Virus record (IMG/VR): IMGVR_UViG_3300022913_000001
Coordinates: 1 to 51,567 of that record
Strand: one strand, 5' to 3'
DNA length: 51,567 nucleotides
DNA from: a virus
Lineage: Duplodnaviria; Caudoviricetes
The translations under genes were made by a program, and so were the position numbers. Of this stretch, positions 6,265-16,660 are shown one piece after another. How positions within the stretch are numbered: position 1 is the first letter of the stretch; the number at the start of each line of letters is the position of its first letter. The notes under the pieces are model-generated. The model was not told the DNA's origin. It saw nothing but the letters and a program-made list of their open reading frames with translations, and did no database searches.

Positions 6265-7767
6265 ATGGCTTGGGCAGGAGGCAAGAATAGGAGAGATAAA
6301 CCAAGTCATTATAAGGCAATCATGAGCAAGAAAAAAAAGAAAAACAAACAAAGTAAAAAGCAAAACAATAATAATAACATTTCTGCTATTTATGGCGATA
6401 ATAGACGCAGAAGTTCAAGTTACACTGGTTTTAATCAATCTATCTATTCTAAATACAATGAACGCTATTCAGATAAATGGCAGATCTATTCTAGTTCTGC
6501 ATTTGCTCAAGCTTTAGTTGACAGAAAAGTCAACGACTCCATTAGAAACGGCATCAATTTTACATCATCAGATGCAACCGATCTAAACATTGATTTTAGA
6601 AAATCAAACCTATTAGACCTAATTAAAAGAGCCACAATAGAGTCTCGAATCTTTGGCGGTGCTGCAATTGTAATTGTAGAGCCAGACAAATCTCTTACGG
6701 ATGAATTTATACCAGAACTAGTTACTCCAGAATCTCAAATCATATACCATGTTTTTAACTCTGAAATTGTCAATTTAGGCGGTGATGTTCAATATAATAT
6801 ATTAGACCCCGAGTTAATTAATTCAGAGTTCTACTATATACAATTTACTAATTCACCTAATGCTAGTGACAACAATGCAGGCATTGGCAATAAAATTCAC
6901 AGAAGTAGAATAATTAAGTTTCATGGATCCGAGCTGTTATCACCGGATCTACTTACTTCATATTCTAGAATTGGTAATAATTTTTTATCTGGCAATCATT
7001 ACTTGGGTTGGGGTCGTAGTATTATACCGCCTCAATTATACGCACAAATAGAACAGTTTGATGATGTAATGGTGAAGTTATCTAAAGTAATTAAAAAAAG
7101 TAATGTGGATATTATTATTAACAAAGACCTTAGTGACGCTGGAGGGTCTGACGATTGCGACTTAAGCCGAGAGTTAATTGAATCATTTAATAGACTACAA
7201 GACGAACAGGATGCAGTGTTTCTTGCTGGAGATGCTAGTTATGATAGAAAAAGTGCCAACCTTAGCGGTTATAAAGAAGTTATGGAGTTAATGGTTCAAT
7301 ATATAACGATTCAGGAAGGCTACCCGTTAACTTATTTCCTTGGATCGCCGACACCTGGATCATTTTTAAACGGCGGCTCTCAAGATATGCAAGCTTATCT
7401 TGCAGCTGTTGCAGATATGCAAAATAAAATGAGAGCTAATCTAGATAAGTTATTGGTTATTTGGCAACTTCAAACTTACGGCAAAATATATGATGATTTG
7501 GATTATGAGTTTAATCCTTTATTCCAATCTAATCCAAAAGAAAAAGCCGAGCTAGATCAAATTGTTGCTAATACTTTAACTGGTTTATACAACAACGGTC
7601 TAGTACCAGCTAAAAACGTATTAGAAACGCTAAAAGAAAAGACAAGCATACATATTAATGATAAAAACATAAAAGAGGCAGAAGAGGCGGAAAACCTTGA
7701 TAATGAGCGTCTAAAAGAAGAAGAAGTAGCTCAAGAGAAAGCCGAAGAACAGGCGGAAAATGATTAA
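6265..7767 (+). CDS. Portal protein (DUF1073 type)
   Basis: SRIFGGAAI, KIHRSRII.F.G, GWGRS, YP.T..LG..P and YEFNPL motifs; first head gene. Confidence 0.9.
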   Translation: MAWAGGKNRRDKPSHYKAIMSKKKKKNKQSKKQNNNNNISAIYGDNRRRSSSYTGFNQSIYSKYNERYSDKWQIYSSSAFAQALVDRKVNDSIRNGINFTSSDATDLNIDFRKSNLLDLIKRATIESRIFGGAAIVIVEPDKSLTDEFIPELVTPESQIIYHVFNSEIVNLGGDVQYNILDPELINSEFYYIQFTNSPNASDNNAGIGNKIHRSRIIKFHGSELLSPDLLTSYSRIGNNFLSGNHYLGWGRSIIPPQLYAQIEQFDDVMVKLSKVIKKSNVDIIINKDLSDAGGSDDCDLSRELIESFNRLQDEQDAVFLAGDASYDRKSANLSGYKEVMELMVQYITIQEGYPLTYFLGSPTPGSFLNGGSQDMQAYLAAVADMQNKMRANLDKLLVIWQLQTYGKIYDDLDYEFNPLFQSNPKEKAELDQIVANTLTGLYNNGLVPAKNVLETLKEKTSIHINDKNIKEAEEAENLDNERLKEEEVAQEKAEEQAEND

Positions 7768-8599
7768 AAGGGGGCAGCTTAGCCTATTTAAAACCATTAA
7801 ATCTATCTTTGCAGAAACAAACGATGCTGTGTCTAAAATAATGCACGGATTTAAAACAAAATCAAATAACGAAATTTCAGAAAAGAAATTGCAAAAATAT
7901 GTATTTCAAAGCTTTGGTGATTTATTGGCAGAAAGAGCAAGCAAAAAATATAAGAAAGAAGTCTACAATCAACTTGCAAGACCTACTCAATTATCAGAAC
8001 AAGAATCAACTAAAGCATTTGTAAAAGATATTAATAAACATATCGGTATTAGTCGCAAAAAAATAATTCAAAAAGACAAACTTCAAGACTTTACTAAAAA
8101 CAAAACTTTAGAGATTGCCTCATTAATAACTAGAATGACAGATGAGAACATCCAGACAGCTCAAAGAATCATTAATGCCGGTATGAACGCAGGTAAATTG
8201 CCATCTGCAATAGAAAACGATTTATCGGAAAATCTACCTGATGTTAATGCAAAAAGAGCTAAATTAATTGCTAGAGATCAATATGCTCAAATTAATTCAG
8301 CAGTTACAATAAAAAGAGCAACACAAGCTGGAATTAAGTTTTTTTACTACCAAACTGCAAAGGATGATCGAGTTTCTGGCAAACCGAGCGGAAAATACCC
8401 TGACGCTAAAATTAAATGTTATGAAATATCTAAACAGGATATCGGCTATGGTGAGGGCATCTATTTATATGAAAAAGGAGCTACTTGGAAACAAGAAAAA
8501 CACCTTTATCCAGGTAGTGCGCATATTAATTGCCGATGCAACATGCGTCCTCAAATTGAAAATGTAAATTATGATCCATTGGAGAAAAAACAAATATGA
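7760..8599 (+). CDS. Minor head protein (Mu gpF/SPP1 gp7 family)
   Basis: RAKLIARDQ, TAKDDRV and PG..HINCRC motifs. Confidence 0.9.
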   Translation: MIKRGQLSLFKTIKSIFAETNDAVSKIMHGFKTKSNNEISEKKLQKYVFQSFGDLLAERASKKYKKEVYNQLARPTQLSEQESTKAFVKDINKHIGISRKKIIQKDKLQDFTKNKTLEIASLITRMTDENIQTAQRIINAGMNAGKLPSAIENDLSENLPDVNAKRAKLIARDQYAQINSAVTIKRATQAGIKFFYYQTAKDDRVSGKPSGKYPDAKIKCYEISKQDIGYGEGIYLYEKGATWKQEKHLYPGSAHINCRCNMRPQIENVNYDPLEKKQI

Positions 8600-9672
8600 C
8601 GCAAAAATTTATTGATGGAGCGGTTAAACTAAGCCCAAATAAGGTTGTTGATGAGTATGGGAACTTACATGGTAAATGCATTGCAGCTGTTCCAACTACA
8701 TATGAATACATGGGTAACGAATTACATTTACCTTCATTAGACTCAAAAAAAACATATAAAGTACAGAAAACAGAAAGCGAGCTTCGTAAATCGGTTGATT
8801 CTTATAAAAATAAGTTCATCAATTTTGGCGATCATTTACCAGATGCTTTCTTTACACCGAATACAGACAAAGAACATTATGCAGGGCATATAAAGGATGC
8901 CAAATATATAGATGGAGTTGGCATAGAGGTAGATTTTGTTATTCATGATAAACAGGTAATTAATCATCTATTATCAAATAATAACGTCGAGGTATCGCCA
9001 GCTTTTTCTGCAAATATAGATACAGTTAATGGGCAATTACATCAAACAGATATTAAAATTAATTCATTAACTATTATTGATTCAACACTGGGTGTTGAAG
9101 CTAGGGGTGGCAGTCAATGCCGTGTGATTGATTCAAAACAGACAGGAGACCATATGGATCCAAAAGAAACGCAAAACAAGTTGATTGATAAACTTGAAAT
9201 TGAAAACAAAGAGCTAAAAGCAAAACTTGAAGCAAAAGACAAAAGCTTTGCAGATAGCAAAGTAAATGTTTCTAAGCTTGAAATTGAAAACAAAGAGCTA
9301 AAAACAGAAAATGCCAACTTAAAACAAGAAATTGTTGATGTTGAAAAAAATTCTTTTATTGATTCAATATCAAGTAAATTAGATTTTACTGATTGTAAAA
9401 ATGCAGCTGCATGTAAAGCAAAAGTTCTGCAAAACGAAAACTATTTAAATGTTGATTACAGCAAGCAAGATTCAAGTGCTATTAACGCGTATTGGAACGC
9501 ATTTAGCGATAGTAAACAGTCTAAAACAGAAAATGCCAACAAGAGCATTAACAGCGTAAATGATGAATTAAACACTACTTATGCGGACTCTAATAGTTTA
9601 AATGACAATCCAGCAGATGATTTTTATCAAAAAGCATTACAGAAAAAATACAATAAAACGGGAGGCAAATAA
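8596..9672 (+). CDS. Prohead protease/scaffold (DUF2213 type)
   Basis: YEY.G.EL, H.P, EVS.AF and ARGG..CRV.D motifs followed by a coiled-coil scaffold. Confidence 0.85.
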   Translation: MTQKFIDGAVKLSPNKVVDEYGNLHGKCIAAVPTTYEYMGNELHLPSLDSKKTYKVQKTESELRKSVDSYKNKFINFGDHLPDAFFTPNTDKEHYAGHIKDAKYIDGVGIEVDFVIHDKQVINHLLSNNNVEVSPAFSANIDTVNGQLHQTDIKINSLTIIDSTLGVEARGGSQCRVIDSKQTGDHMDPKETQNKLIDKLEIENKELKAKLEAKDKSFADSKVNVSKLEIENKELKTENANLKQEIVDVEKNSFIDSISSKLDFTDCKNAAACKAKVLQNENYLNVDYSKQDSSAINAYWNAFSDSKQSKTENANKSINSVNDELNTTYADSNSLNDNPADDFYQKALQKKYNKTGGK

Positions 9673-10202
9673 TGATAGCTCCAAACGAACAAACCTTTTT
9701 TAACAAAGGCGTAGATAACTACAAAACAAAACATGACATAGGCTCCGAAGGTCAGGATGTCACCCAAGGCACCAATGCTGGTGTTAGAGCGTATGCAAAC
9801 GCTACTTCTAATTCTGTTCCTTTTGGTAGATTTATTGCAGCTGATTCAGATCGTAAAGCAATCGATTTAACCAAAGAAACTAACATTAGAAACATTGTTG
9901 GATTAACTTTACAGGATCCAAGTACTCCAGTTTTTGAAGATGGCACTACTGCATATCCAGTTGGAAGAATGATGAGAGTTATGGAAGTTGGGCAAGCTTA
10001 TGTTCGCGCTGTTACTCAAACTGAATTTAGTGGACCAGTATATTTATATGTTGAAGGTGACAATGTTGGTCGAGTTGGTGGCGTTGCTTCTGCTGAAGAA
10101 GGGAATACAACTATTGAGCTAAAAAGCTGTTTCTTTGAGCAAGATGTTGCTGCTGGAGAAATAGTAACAATTAACATACAGAAACTAAGAACAGGAGCGT
10201 AA
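9672..10202 (+). CDS. Head decoration/cement protein
   Basis: Lies between protease and MCP; VPFG and VM..G...V motifs. Confidence 0.7.
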   Translation: MIAPNEQTFFNKGVDNYKTKHDIGSEGQDVTQGTNAGVRAYANATSNSVPFGRFIAADSDRKAIDLTKETNIRNIVGLTLQDPSTPVFEDGTTAYPVGRMMRVMEVGQAYVRAVTQTEFSGPVYLYVEGDNVGRVGGVASAEEGNTTIELKSCFFEQDVAAGEIVTINIQKLRTGA

Positions 10203-10203
10203 T

Positions 10204-11364
10204 ATGGGAGCTGCACTTAATATATTTGATATTGATGTTATACCAATTAAAGAAAACATCATGAAGGACTCAAAGTTGTCCAATGTCATTAAAGAACATG
10301 TTGGGAAATTTGGTTCTAATCGATCTAAAAGCCAATATATTGATTCAATATTTCACAAAGGGTACCTAGATGTAGCCGCTAATGGCGGGCTTAAAGGTGT
10401 AAAAATTAATGATATTCATTTTAACGACACTACTGTTAGCGGAAACTTTTTTAGACAAGCTTTGTCATATGTTTTTTCCGAAATAGTCCAGCAGGAAATT
10501 GCACCTACTGAATACGGTCAATTTGGCATCTTGAGCTTAAAACAAATGCCTAAAACAGCTAAAGAAATCATTAGAATAGCAACAAAGGTTAAAGGCGACA
10601 TGGTTGTTGGGACTCTTGGTACTAACACTAACCCGACAATCAATATCGGCATTGAGCAAATCAAAACCCCTATACTTGAATACAGCACTGCTATAGAAGC
10701 TAAAGAGTCTGATCTTGATTACTTTAGAGAATATGGTTTGAACTTTATGGCTAACGCCGCAGCTGGAGCATTTGAAATTGCAGAGCTAGAACTAGATAAA
10801 ATGTTGTTTACTGGTGAACCTATAATAGGTACTACAGGGCTGTTAAATAATGGCGTTGTAGCAACAAAAGTTGAAGATTCCAATATTTACGGCTTAATAG
10901 CATCTAAAGATGCTGACGGTATTAAATCTATTTTTTCTAAAGGAATTGATTTAATCAATAATCGTGAAACTAACAACATGATTATTCCTGATACTATTAT
11001 TGTTCATCCTGAATTATTAAAAGAGATGAATAGAACTAGAGTTACAGATATTCAAAAGGACGCTACTAATGTAAATTTAGTATCTATGTTAGAAGAAGAT
11101 TTGAAAGTAACATTTAAATCATGCCGTAGATTAGATAAAATTACGGGCGATGATGAATACGAGCGTATTGTTATAGCAAGATTGGGTGGATTAACAGCGT
11201 CTAAATCTCTGATCTCTGCTTTTGTTGGCACACCTTTTACAATGGAAGCCCCGATTCGTGAAAGACAAAGACAAATAGTAAGCGATGCTTATCAAAGCTT
11301 TAGTGCTTTAAATATTGCAGACCCTAAGGTTATAGCTTACATGGATGTTAAGGTGGTGGGATAA
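10204..11364 (+). CDS. Major capsid protein (DUF2184-like, HK97 fold)
   Basis: 386 aa; F.G......GLLN and PDTIIV.P motifs; synteny. Confidence 0.85.
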   Translation: MGAALNIFDIDVIPIKENIMKDSKLSNVIKEHVGKFGSNRSKSQYIDSIFHKGYLDVAANGGLKGVKINDIHFNDTTVSGNFFRQALSYVFSEIVQQEIAPTEYGQFGILSLKQMPKTAKEIIRIATKVKGDMVVGTLGTNTNPTINIGIEQIKTPILEYSTAIEAKESDLDYFREYGLNFMANAAAGAFEIAELELDKMLFTGEPIIGTTGLLNNGVVATKVEDSNIYGLIASKDADGIKSIFSKGIDLINNRETNNMIIPDTIIVHPELLKEMNRTRVTDIQKDATNVNLVSMLEEDLKVTFKSCRRLDKITGDDEYERIVIARLGGLTASKSLISAFVGTPFTMEAPIRERQRQIVSDAYQSFSALNIADPKVIAYMDVKVVG

Positions 11365-11768
11365 TGTTTAAAAATATTTCTAATAAAGTATTAATTTACA
11401 CATGTGAAAACACAGGCGAAACAATTACTCTGGAGCCAGATAAAACTTCTGAATTTGGAAATGATTATTTAATTAGACAAAAATTGCTTTGTGATATTGG
11501 TGGTGGCGTTTGTGAAAAAGTCGATGCTTCAGCAGATCTCAAAAAACAAGTTAGGACTTTAAAAGGTCAATTAACTAAAGCTAATAAAAAAATTGCAGAT
11601 CTTGAAGCTAAAGTTAAAGAACTTGAATCTGATGCTACTGCTACATCAGAAGCATTAGGAAATTTAGCTGATGAGTTAACCGAAGAATTAACCGAAGAAG
11701 CAACCGAAGAAGCAACCGAAGAAGCAACCGAAGAAGCAACCGAAGAAGCAGCAGCTAGTAATGATTGA
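11364..11768 (+). CDS. Hypothetical virion-associated coiled-coil protein with TEEA repeats
   Basis: Follows the MCP gene; acidic repeat tail. Confidence 0.7.
   Translation: MFKNISNKVLIYTCENTGETITLEPDKTSEFGNDYLIRQKLLCDIGGGVCEKVDASADLKKQVRTLKGQLTKANKKIADLEAKVKELESDATATSEALGNLADELTEELTEEATEEATEEATEEATEEAAASND
11679..11750 (+). repeat. 12-bp tandem repeat ACCGAAGAAGCA x5 plus 1 variant
   Basis: Read directly; in frame, encoding TEEA. Confidence 0.95.
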
Positions 11769-12150
11769 CTTTCAAGCAGTTTTTGAAGATTTTAAGCACT
11801 ATTTTGGCGAAGATGTAACCGATACTGATAGAAATATCAGTATCGCTATTAACCAAGCTAGAAGTACTATTGATGGGCTTAAATTAGGCAATTATGATTA
11901 TAATCGTGAAATCTATGAACCATCTGTTTTAGCGGAATCTTTATTTAATTATGCAGCTCATAAGCTAACAGTTAATAAAACTATTCGAGCAGCTAAAGAG
12001 ACAACAGCTGAATCTATTGGGCAAAAATCGGCAACTTATGCGGAAACTCAAGGCAGCAATGTTGAGAAAAGCTTAAGTACTACTCGCTATGGTCAAAGAT
12101 ATTTGGAATTAACCAAAAGAGCCAGAATACTAGGAGCTTCAATTTGTTAG
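11761..12150 (+). CDS. Head-tail adaptor (DUF4054-like)
   Basis: YAAHKL, S.G..S..Y and T.YGQRYLEL motifs. Confidence 0.8.
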   Translation: MIDFQAVFEDFKHYFGEDVTDTDRNISIAINQARSTIDGLKLGNYDYNREIYEPSVLAESLFNYAAHKLTVNKTIRAAKETTAESIGQKSATYAETQGSNVEKSLSTTRYGQRYLELTKRARILGASIC

Positions 12151-12575
12151 ATTTAGAAAAAAAACTACAGGAACTGCAAGGAAAAACTATTAAAGTGGGC
12201 GTTCCTTCGTCAACTGCACCGTATGAAGATGGGATATCTACGGCGGTGGTTGCAGCTGTTCACGAGTATGGTTCGTTAACTAGGCGTATTCCTGCTAGAC
12301 CTTTTCTTAGACCAGGTGTTGCAAATGCAATTCCTAAAATAAACAAATTGCTACAAATAAAGTTGTTAGATTTTGTAAGCGGTAGCATTAACGCCGATGG
12401 CGTATTTGCTTTAGTGGGCGAGGTTGCTCGTAGTGAAATAGTCAGAATGTGGGATAATAACAACTGGTCGCCATTAAAAAGTAAATCAGCACAAAAAGCA
12501 GTTGAAAAAGGCGATAGACAAATACTTCTGGATACGGGTCATCTTAAGAACTCAATAACATATCAGGTGATATAA
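12144..12575 (+). CDS. Neck/tail completion protein
   Basis: A.VHEYG...IPARPFLR and L.DTG.L.NSITY motifs; TTG start. Confidence 0.82.
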   Translation: MLDLEKKLQELQGKTIKVGVPSSTAPYEDGISTAVVAAVHEYGSLTRRIPARPFLRPGVANAIPKINKLLQIKLLDFVSGSINADGVFALVGEVARSEIVRMWDNNNWSPLKSKSAQKAVEKGDRQILLDTGHLKNSITYQVI

Positions 12576-12901
12576 TGGAATTTTATAATAGCCAAGTAGC
12601 TGTAAAAAAATATTCTGTGGAATTAGTTAAAGGTCAAAAGCAAATAACAGAAGTAAGTTCTGTAACTGTATTTGCTGATATTCAAACAACAACTCCACAA
12701 CAAAAATATTTAAACAATGGATTAACTTCTAAAGATAAGTTTTTTGATATATTTTTTGATAATTTTTATGACTTTTCAGACGGTAGAGATGGAGAATCGT
12801 CTGTAATTATTCAAGGCGAATTAAAATATAAAATCATTGGAAAACAACTGGACACAGATAACAATTATTCATATGCAATAGCGGTATTAACTAATGATTA
12901 A
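12575..12901 (+). CDS. Putative head-closure protein
   Basis: Size and synteny only. Confidence 0.55.
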   Translation: MEFYNSQVAVKKYSVELVKGQKQITEVSSVTVFADIQTTTPQQKYLNNGLTSKDKFFDIFFDNFYDFSDGRDGESSVIIQGELKYKIIGKQLDTDNNYSYAIAVLTND

Positions 12902-13355
12902 CAGCGAATCTGAACTAAAAGGTTTTATATTTGATATAATCCAAACCGTAACTAGTTTAGAAGATAAATACATTATATACGCTAATCAGGTTCTAGATTA
13001 TCCAAAGAAAGAAAGTTTTGTTGTTATTAACTTTTCTATTGAGAACAGTCCGCTAGCGTCTGTAGTTGCTGAAAATGGTGCTGTAATTAGCAAAGTAATA
13101 ATTGCTTGTAATGTTTACGGCTCTAGGTTTTTAGCTGATAGAATTTTTAACGCAAAGCAGCTGTTTGATTTTAGTAATAGTACTATTGTTTCTGTTGAAA
13201 ATGGAGAAAATCCAGTTAATAGAACAGAACTAGAAGCTGGTGGATATTTGCAACGATTTGATACATCGTTAATATTGCATTTATTTATAAATCATTCTAT
13301 TGCAGATCGTGCAATTGGAAAAGAATTGGGAGAAATAAACATTGAAAATCAATGA
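12894..13355 (+). CDS. Putative tail terminator protein
   Basis: I.ANQ...P pattern; lies just before the sheath gene. Confidence 0.6.
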   Translation: MINSESELKGFIFDIIQTVTSLEDKYIIYANQVLDYPKKESFVVINFSIENSPLASVVAENGAVISKVIIACNVYGSRFLADRIFNAKQLFDFSNSTIVSVENGENPVNRTELEAGGYLQRFDTSLILHLFINHSIADRAIGKELGEINIENQ

Positions 13356-14526
13356 AATAATTAAAATTAACCAAGATGCGGTTATTAATAGCATTGTTGC
13401 TGGGAATCTGTCGTTAATTGCAATAGTGCAAGTAAGTGAACTAGCGGGAATTGCTGCAAATACTTCAACAACTGTCTCTAGTTATAATGATTTAACAGTA
13501 ATAGTTGCACCAACGGATGAACAAAATTTAAATCCAGGCACAGAGGTCGATGCTATTGGTCGTGCGTGGTTTGGTAATGAAGGCGGTGATTTGAAAATAT
13601 TTGCTGTTGCAGATGATACAAACGCAACCGCAGCTTTAAACGAATTATTTGAATCTAGACAGTACTTTGATTCAGTTATTTTTAGTAAAAAAATAGCAAT
13701 TAGTCCAGAAGAGCTGGTAACCATATCGCAAACAGTTAAAATTAATAACAAGATTTTAGGTTACACAGCTAACCAAGCACCAACTGCAACTGATGAAAAT
13801 GTAACTGAATATGAAGATATGTACGAAAAGCTAAATGAAGATAGCACTTGCTTATCTTTTTCTTCTTTAGCAGTGCAAACAGCTGATTCAATCAATAATT
13901 ATTTATTTGCTGCAATTATGGCTAAATTCAGCCAAATAGACAGAGCTGGCGTAAATACATCACAAACAGTTTACTTTGCTGACGCAAATGGATTATCTGT
14001 TAACTCTGATTTATCTAATGCTGAAATCAAAAAACTTACTGATAATAATACGCTGCATGTTGACTCTACTCAATCAGGTGAAACAGTTACGAAGCCATTT
14101 TTCTATAGCATTAATATGGCTGATAAAAAAACACACATTACTACACGGATTAACAGCACTGCGTTAATGAATGAGATACAAGCCAAATCTTTGAGTTTTT
14201 TACGAACTGCAAAACCTTCATACAAAGCAATTGGTTTTGGTAAATTAATTTCAATTGCAACTAGTGCGTTAATTAAATACCACAGAAACGGCTCTTTAGC
14301 AGAATATACAGCTGCTGAAATAGACAGCAATCCAGAATTTAACAAGCTAAGCAGCAAACAAAAAACGAACCTTTTAAACTACGGATTTGCTATTCCAACT
14401 ACAGCTGAATCATTTAATCCAGATGATAAAGAAAGAGCTGAAAACCGTTATCCAGCAATTGATATATGGGCTAGGTTTTCCTCTGGCGTTGGCTCGGTAG
14501 TATTTAATTTTAAAGTGACTCAATAA
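13342..14526 (+). CDS. Tail sheath protein (DUF3383-like)
   Basis: 394 aa; C-terminal RAENRYP.I.......G.V..V pattern; synteny. Confidence 0.75.
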   Translation: MKINEIIKINQDAVINSIVAGNLSLIAIVQVSELAGIAANTSTTVSSYNDLTVIVAPTDEQNLNPGTEVDAIGRAWFGNEGGDLKIFAVADDTNATAALNELFESRQYFDSVIFSKKIAISPEELVTISQTVKINNKILGYTANQAPTATDENVTEYEDMYEKLNEDSTCLSFSSLAVQTADSINNYLFAAIMAKFSQIDRAGVNTSQTVYFADANGLSVNSDLSNAEIKKLTDNNTLHVDSTQSGETVTKPFFYSINMADKKTHITTRINSTALMNEIQAKSLSFLRTAKPSYKAIGFGKLISIATSALIKYHRNGSLAEYTAAEIDSNPEFNKLSSKQKTNLLNYGFAIPTTAESFNPDDKERAENRYPAIDIWARFSSGVGSVVFNFKVTQ

Positions 14527-14538
14527 GGAGCAGCAAAA

Positions 14539-14946
14539 ATGAAAACTTTTGATGTTAGACGCATACAAATAATAGTTGATGGTGATGCAATGGTTGATGG
14601 TGAAAACACCACGGATTTGCCTCAAACTGGAGCGTTTACTATTAATTATGATAAAACTGATCTAATTGTTAGACAGGATGGTTTAAACGGCGAGTATGTA
14701 GAGCAAAAAGCACATAACAACTCTGGTGAAGTTGTGATTCCTTTGCTAAGAGGTTCAAAGAATATAGAGGCAATAGTTTCTAGGTTTAAAACTCCAGTTG
14801 CTGTAATGGAAATAACACTTCCTTGCGGATTGGTTTTAACTTTTGAGGGCGTGTCGCTTAATAGATTTGAGCCAATAGCTGATTTAGAGCTAGGAACAGA
14901 TTCACACGCATTAAGACTGAAAGCTTATAACATAGATATACAATAA
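14539..14946 (+). CDS. Tail tube protein
   Basis: Follows the sheath gene; G..G......N.SG...I.L..GS pattern. Confidence 0.75.
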   Translation: MKTFDVRRIQIIVDGDAMVDGENTTDLPQTGAFTINYDKTDLIVRQDGLNGEYVEQKAHNNSGEVVIPLLRGSKNIEAIVSRFKTPVAVMEITLPCGLVLTFEGVSLNRFEPIADLELGTDSHALRLKAYNIDIQ

Positions 14947-14959
14947 AATAGGAGATATT

Positions 14960-15346
14960 GTGAATAAATTTAAATCTAAAATAAATGAAAAAGTAACATG
15001 TAACTTGCAAATAAATAGCATATTGAAGCTTTATCGCTTACTTCATGGCGGTATTGATTTAGCTAATAATGCTAATTATGGATTGTGTTTATTAAAAAAT
15101 TTGGATCAAAAAACGCAAAATGTTTCTGAATTACTAGAAATACTTTATTTAATACCAAAAGTAGATGAAGTGATTGATATTATTATTTCTGGCTCTAAAA
15201 TTGCAGATGCTAACGGCAATCCTATGCAAGCAAACAAATCTTCTTTAGGTTTAGATTTACATCTATTTGTTATAGAAGTGATTGATTTTTTTTTAATAGA
15301 TCACTACCGCAAGGTCAAAACTATGAAATTATCGGATCAGCAATAA
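14960..15346 (+). CDS. Tail assembly chaperone; -1 frameshift extension to 15456 likely
   Basis: Between tube and tape measure; T9A run at 15286-15295; the -1 frame is open to TAA 15454-15456. Confidence 0.7.
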   Translation: MNKFKSKINEKVTCNLQINSILKLYRLLHGGIDLANNANYGLCLLKNLDQKTQNVSELLEILYLIPKVDEVIDIIISGSKIADANGNPMQANKSSLGLDLHLFVIEVIDFFLIDHYRKVKTMKLSDQQ

Positions 15347-15448
15347 AAGATTGTTGGAGCAAAGATGCTAAGTTTAAGTTTTGTAATACATTTCTGGAGC
15401 TGCAATCAGCTAGTTGGATAGAGTTTTGCGAATATTTGGAGCTAATTA

Positions 15449-16660
15449 ATGAGTAAAGATGCAACAATTAAAATAAAACTAGATACTGCATCTGCATTGA
15501 AGGATCTAAAAAGCTTTCAATCAGAAGTTGAATCGGGTTTAACTGCTAGTGTTCAATTGCCGCCTGCACCTGCGGCAAATGCTCCAACTATACCAACTGC
15601 AACTTTACCGCCTGCAACTGCACCTAATGCACCTACTGCACCGCCACCAGCAGCATTGACTTCTAAACCAGAAGATAAACCAGAAGAAGGGGGTAAGCCA
15701 AAGCCTAAGCCAGAGGACGACAATCGCAGCGGTTTATCTAAGGTTTTATTTTCACTAAAAGAATCAGTAGTAAAAAACACCAAACAACTTAAAAACGCAG
15801 CTAAAACAACCGCTATTGATACAGCAACAACAGGCGGATTTAATAGAGCTTCACTTAGAGCAGCAGGAGCAATTGGCGGAACAGTTTTAGCAGCTGGATT
15901 AATAGCACGAAGTGTAGCTAATAGAGGTTTATCTAATGCTCAAACATTAAGCGACCTAAAAGCTTCTGCTATTGATTCTAGTTTGTTTCAAGGGTTAGAT
16001 AGGTCGTTGAAATTTGCAGGCTCTAAAGAAGGAGCAGGGGCTGGATTAATTGGTGCGTTGCGAAGCCTTAGAGAACAAGTTTTAACTGGTTCAGTTCCTG
16101 AAAGTTTAACTGGAGCAATTGCAAGAAAAGCAGGACCTAGCCAAGTGCGTCCAACTCTTCAACAATTTGGAGCAGCTGAAACGGATCAGCAATTACTAAA
16201 AGCATTGTTTGATTTAACAAAAGCAACGCAGTCTTCTGGATCGCCAAACGCAAATAGAAAAACAAGTGAACTGTTAAGTCAAATATTTCCAGATGCAGGA
16301 GCAATAAATCTATTTAAATCAATAGATTCATTTGACACGCTAAAACAACAAATAGATGCTAATACAGGTAGCTTAACAGAGTCCGAAGCCGCATCAAAAA
16401 TTTTAAAAAATAGTTTTACAAAGTTTGAAAACTTTGTTGATGATTTAAATGACAAAATGTTAGCTGGTCTTAGCAAACTGGCAAGTAAAGATTATCAACA
16501 AGAACTGCAACAGCAATTTAATCAAAACATGCAAAATTTAACCGCATCAATAAAACAGCTAGCTAATGTTAGTAAAAGCAACAATAACATCTCAACAACA
16601 ATGCCGCTTAACAACAATACGCAACCGCAGCAAAACAGAATACCTAGGAGCAAACCATGA
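15449..16660 (+). CDS. Tape measure protein (short, with Pro-rich insert)
   Basis: Ala/Gly-rich helical protein in the canonical position. Confidence 0.7.
   Translation: MSKDATIKIKLDTASALKDLKSFQSEVESGLTASVQLPPAPAANAPTIPTATLPPATAPNAPTAPPPAALTSKPEDKPEEGGKPKPKPEDDNRSGLSKVLFSLKESVVKNTKQLKNAAKTTAIDTATTGGFNRASLRAAGAIGGTVLAAGLIARSVANRGLSNAQTLSDLKASAIDSSLFQGLDRSLKFAGSKEGAGAGLIGALRSLREQVLTGSVPESLTGAIARKAGPSQVRPTLQQFGAAETDQQLLKALFDLTKATQSSGSPNANRKTSELLSQIFPDAGAINLFKSIDSFDTLKQQIDANTGSLTESEAASKILKNSFTKFENFVDDLNDKMLAGLSKLASKDYQQELQQQFNQNMQNLTASIKQLANVSKSNNNISTTMPLNNNTQPQQNRIPRSKP

Noticed and set aside
6265-7767. Anti-CBASS Acb1 label sometimes attached to DUF1073 proteins
   Set aside because: Size, motifs and position identify a portal protein; I see no paired HxT/S phosphoesterase motifs.
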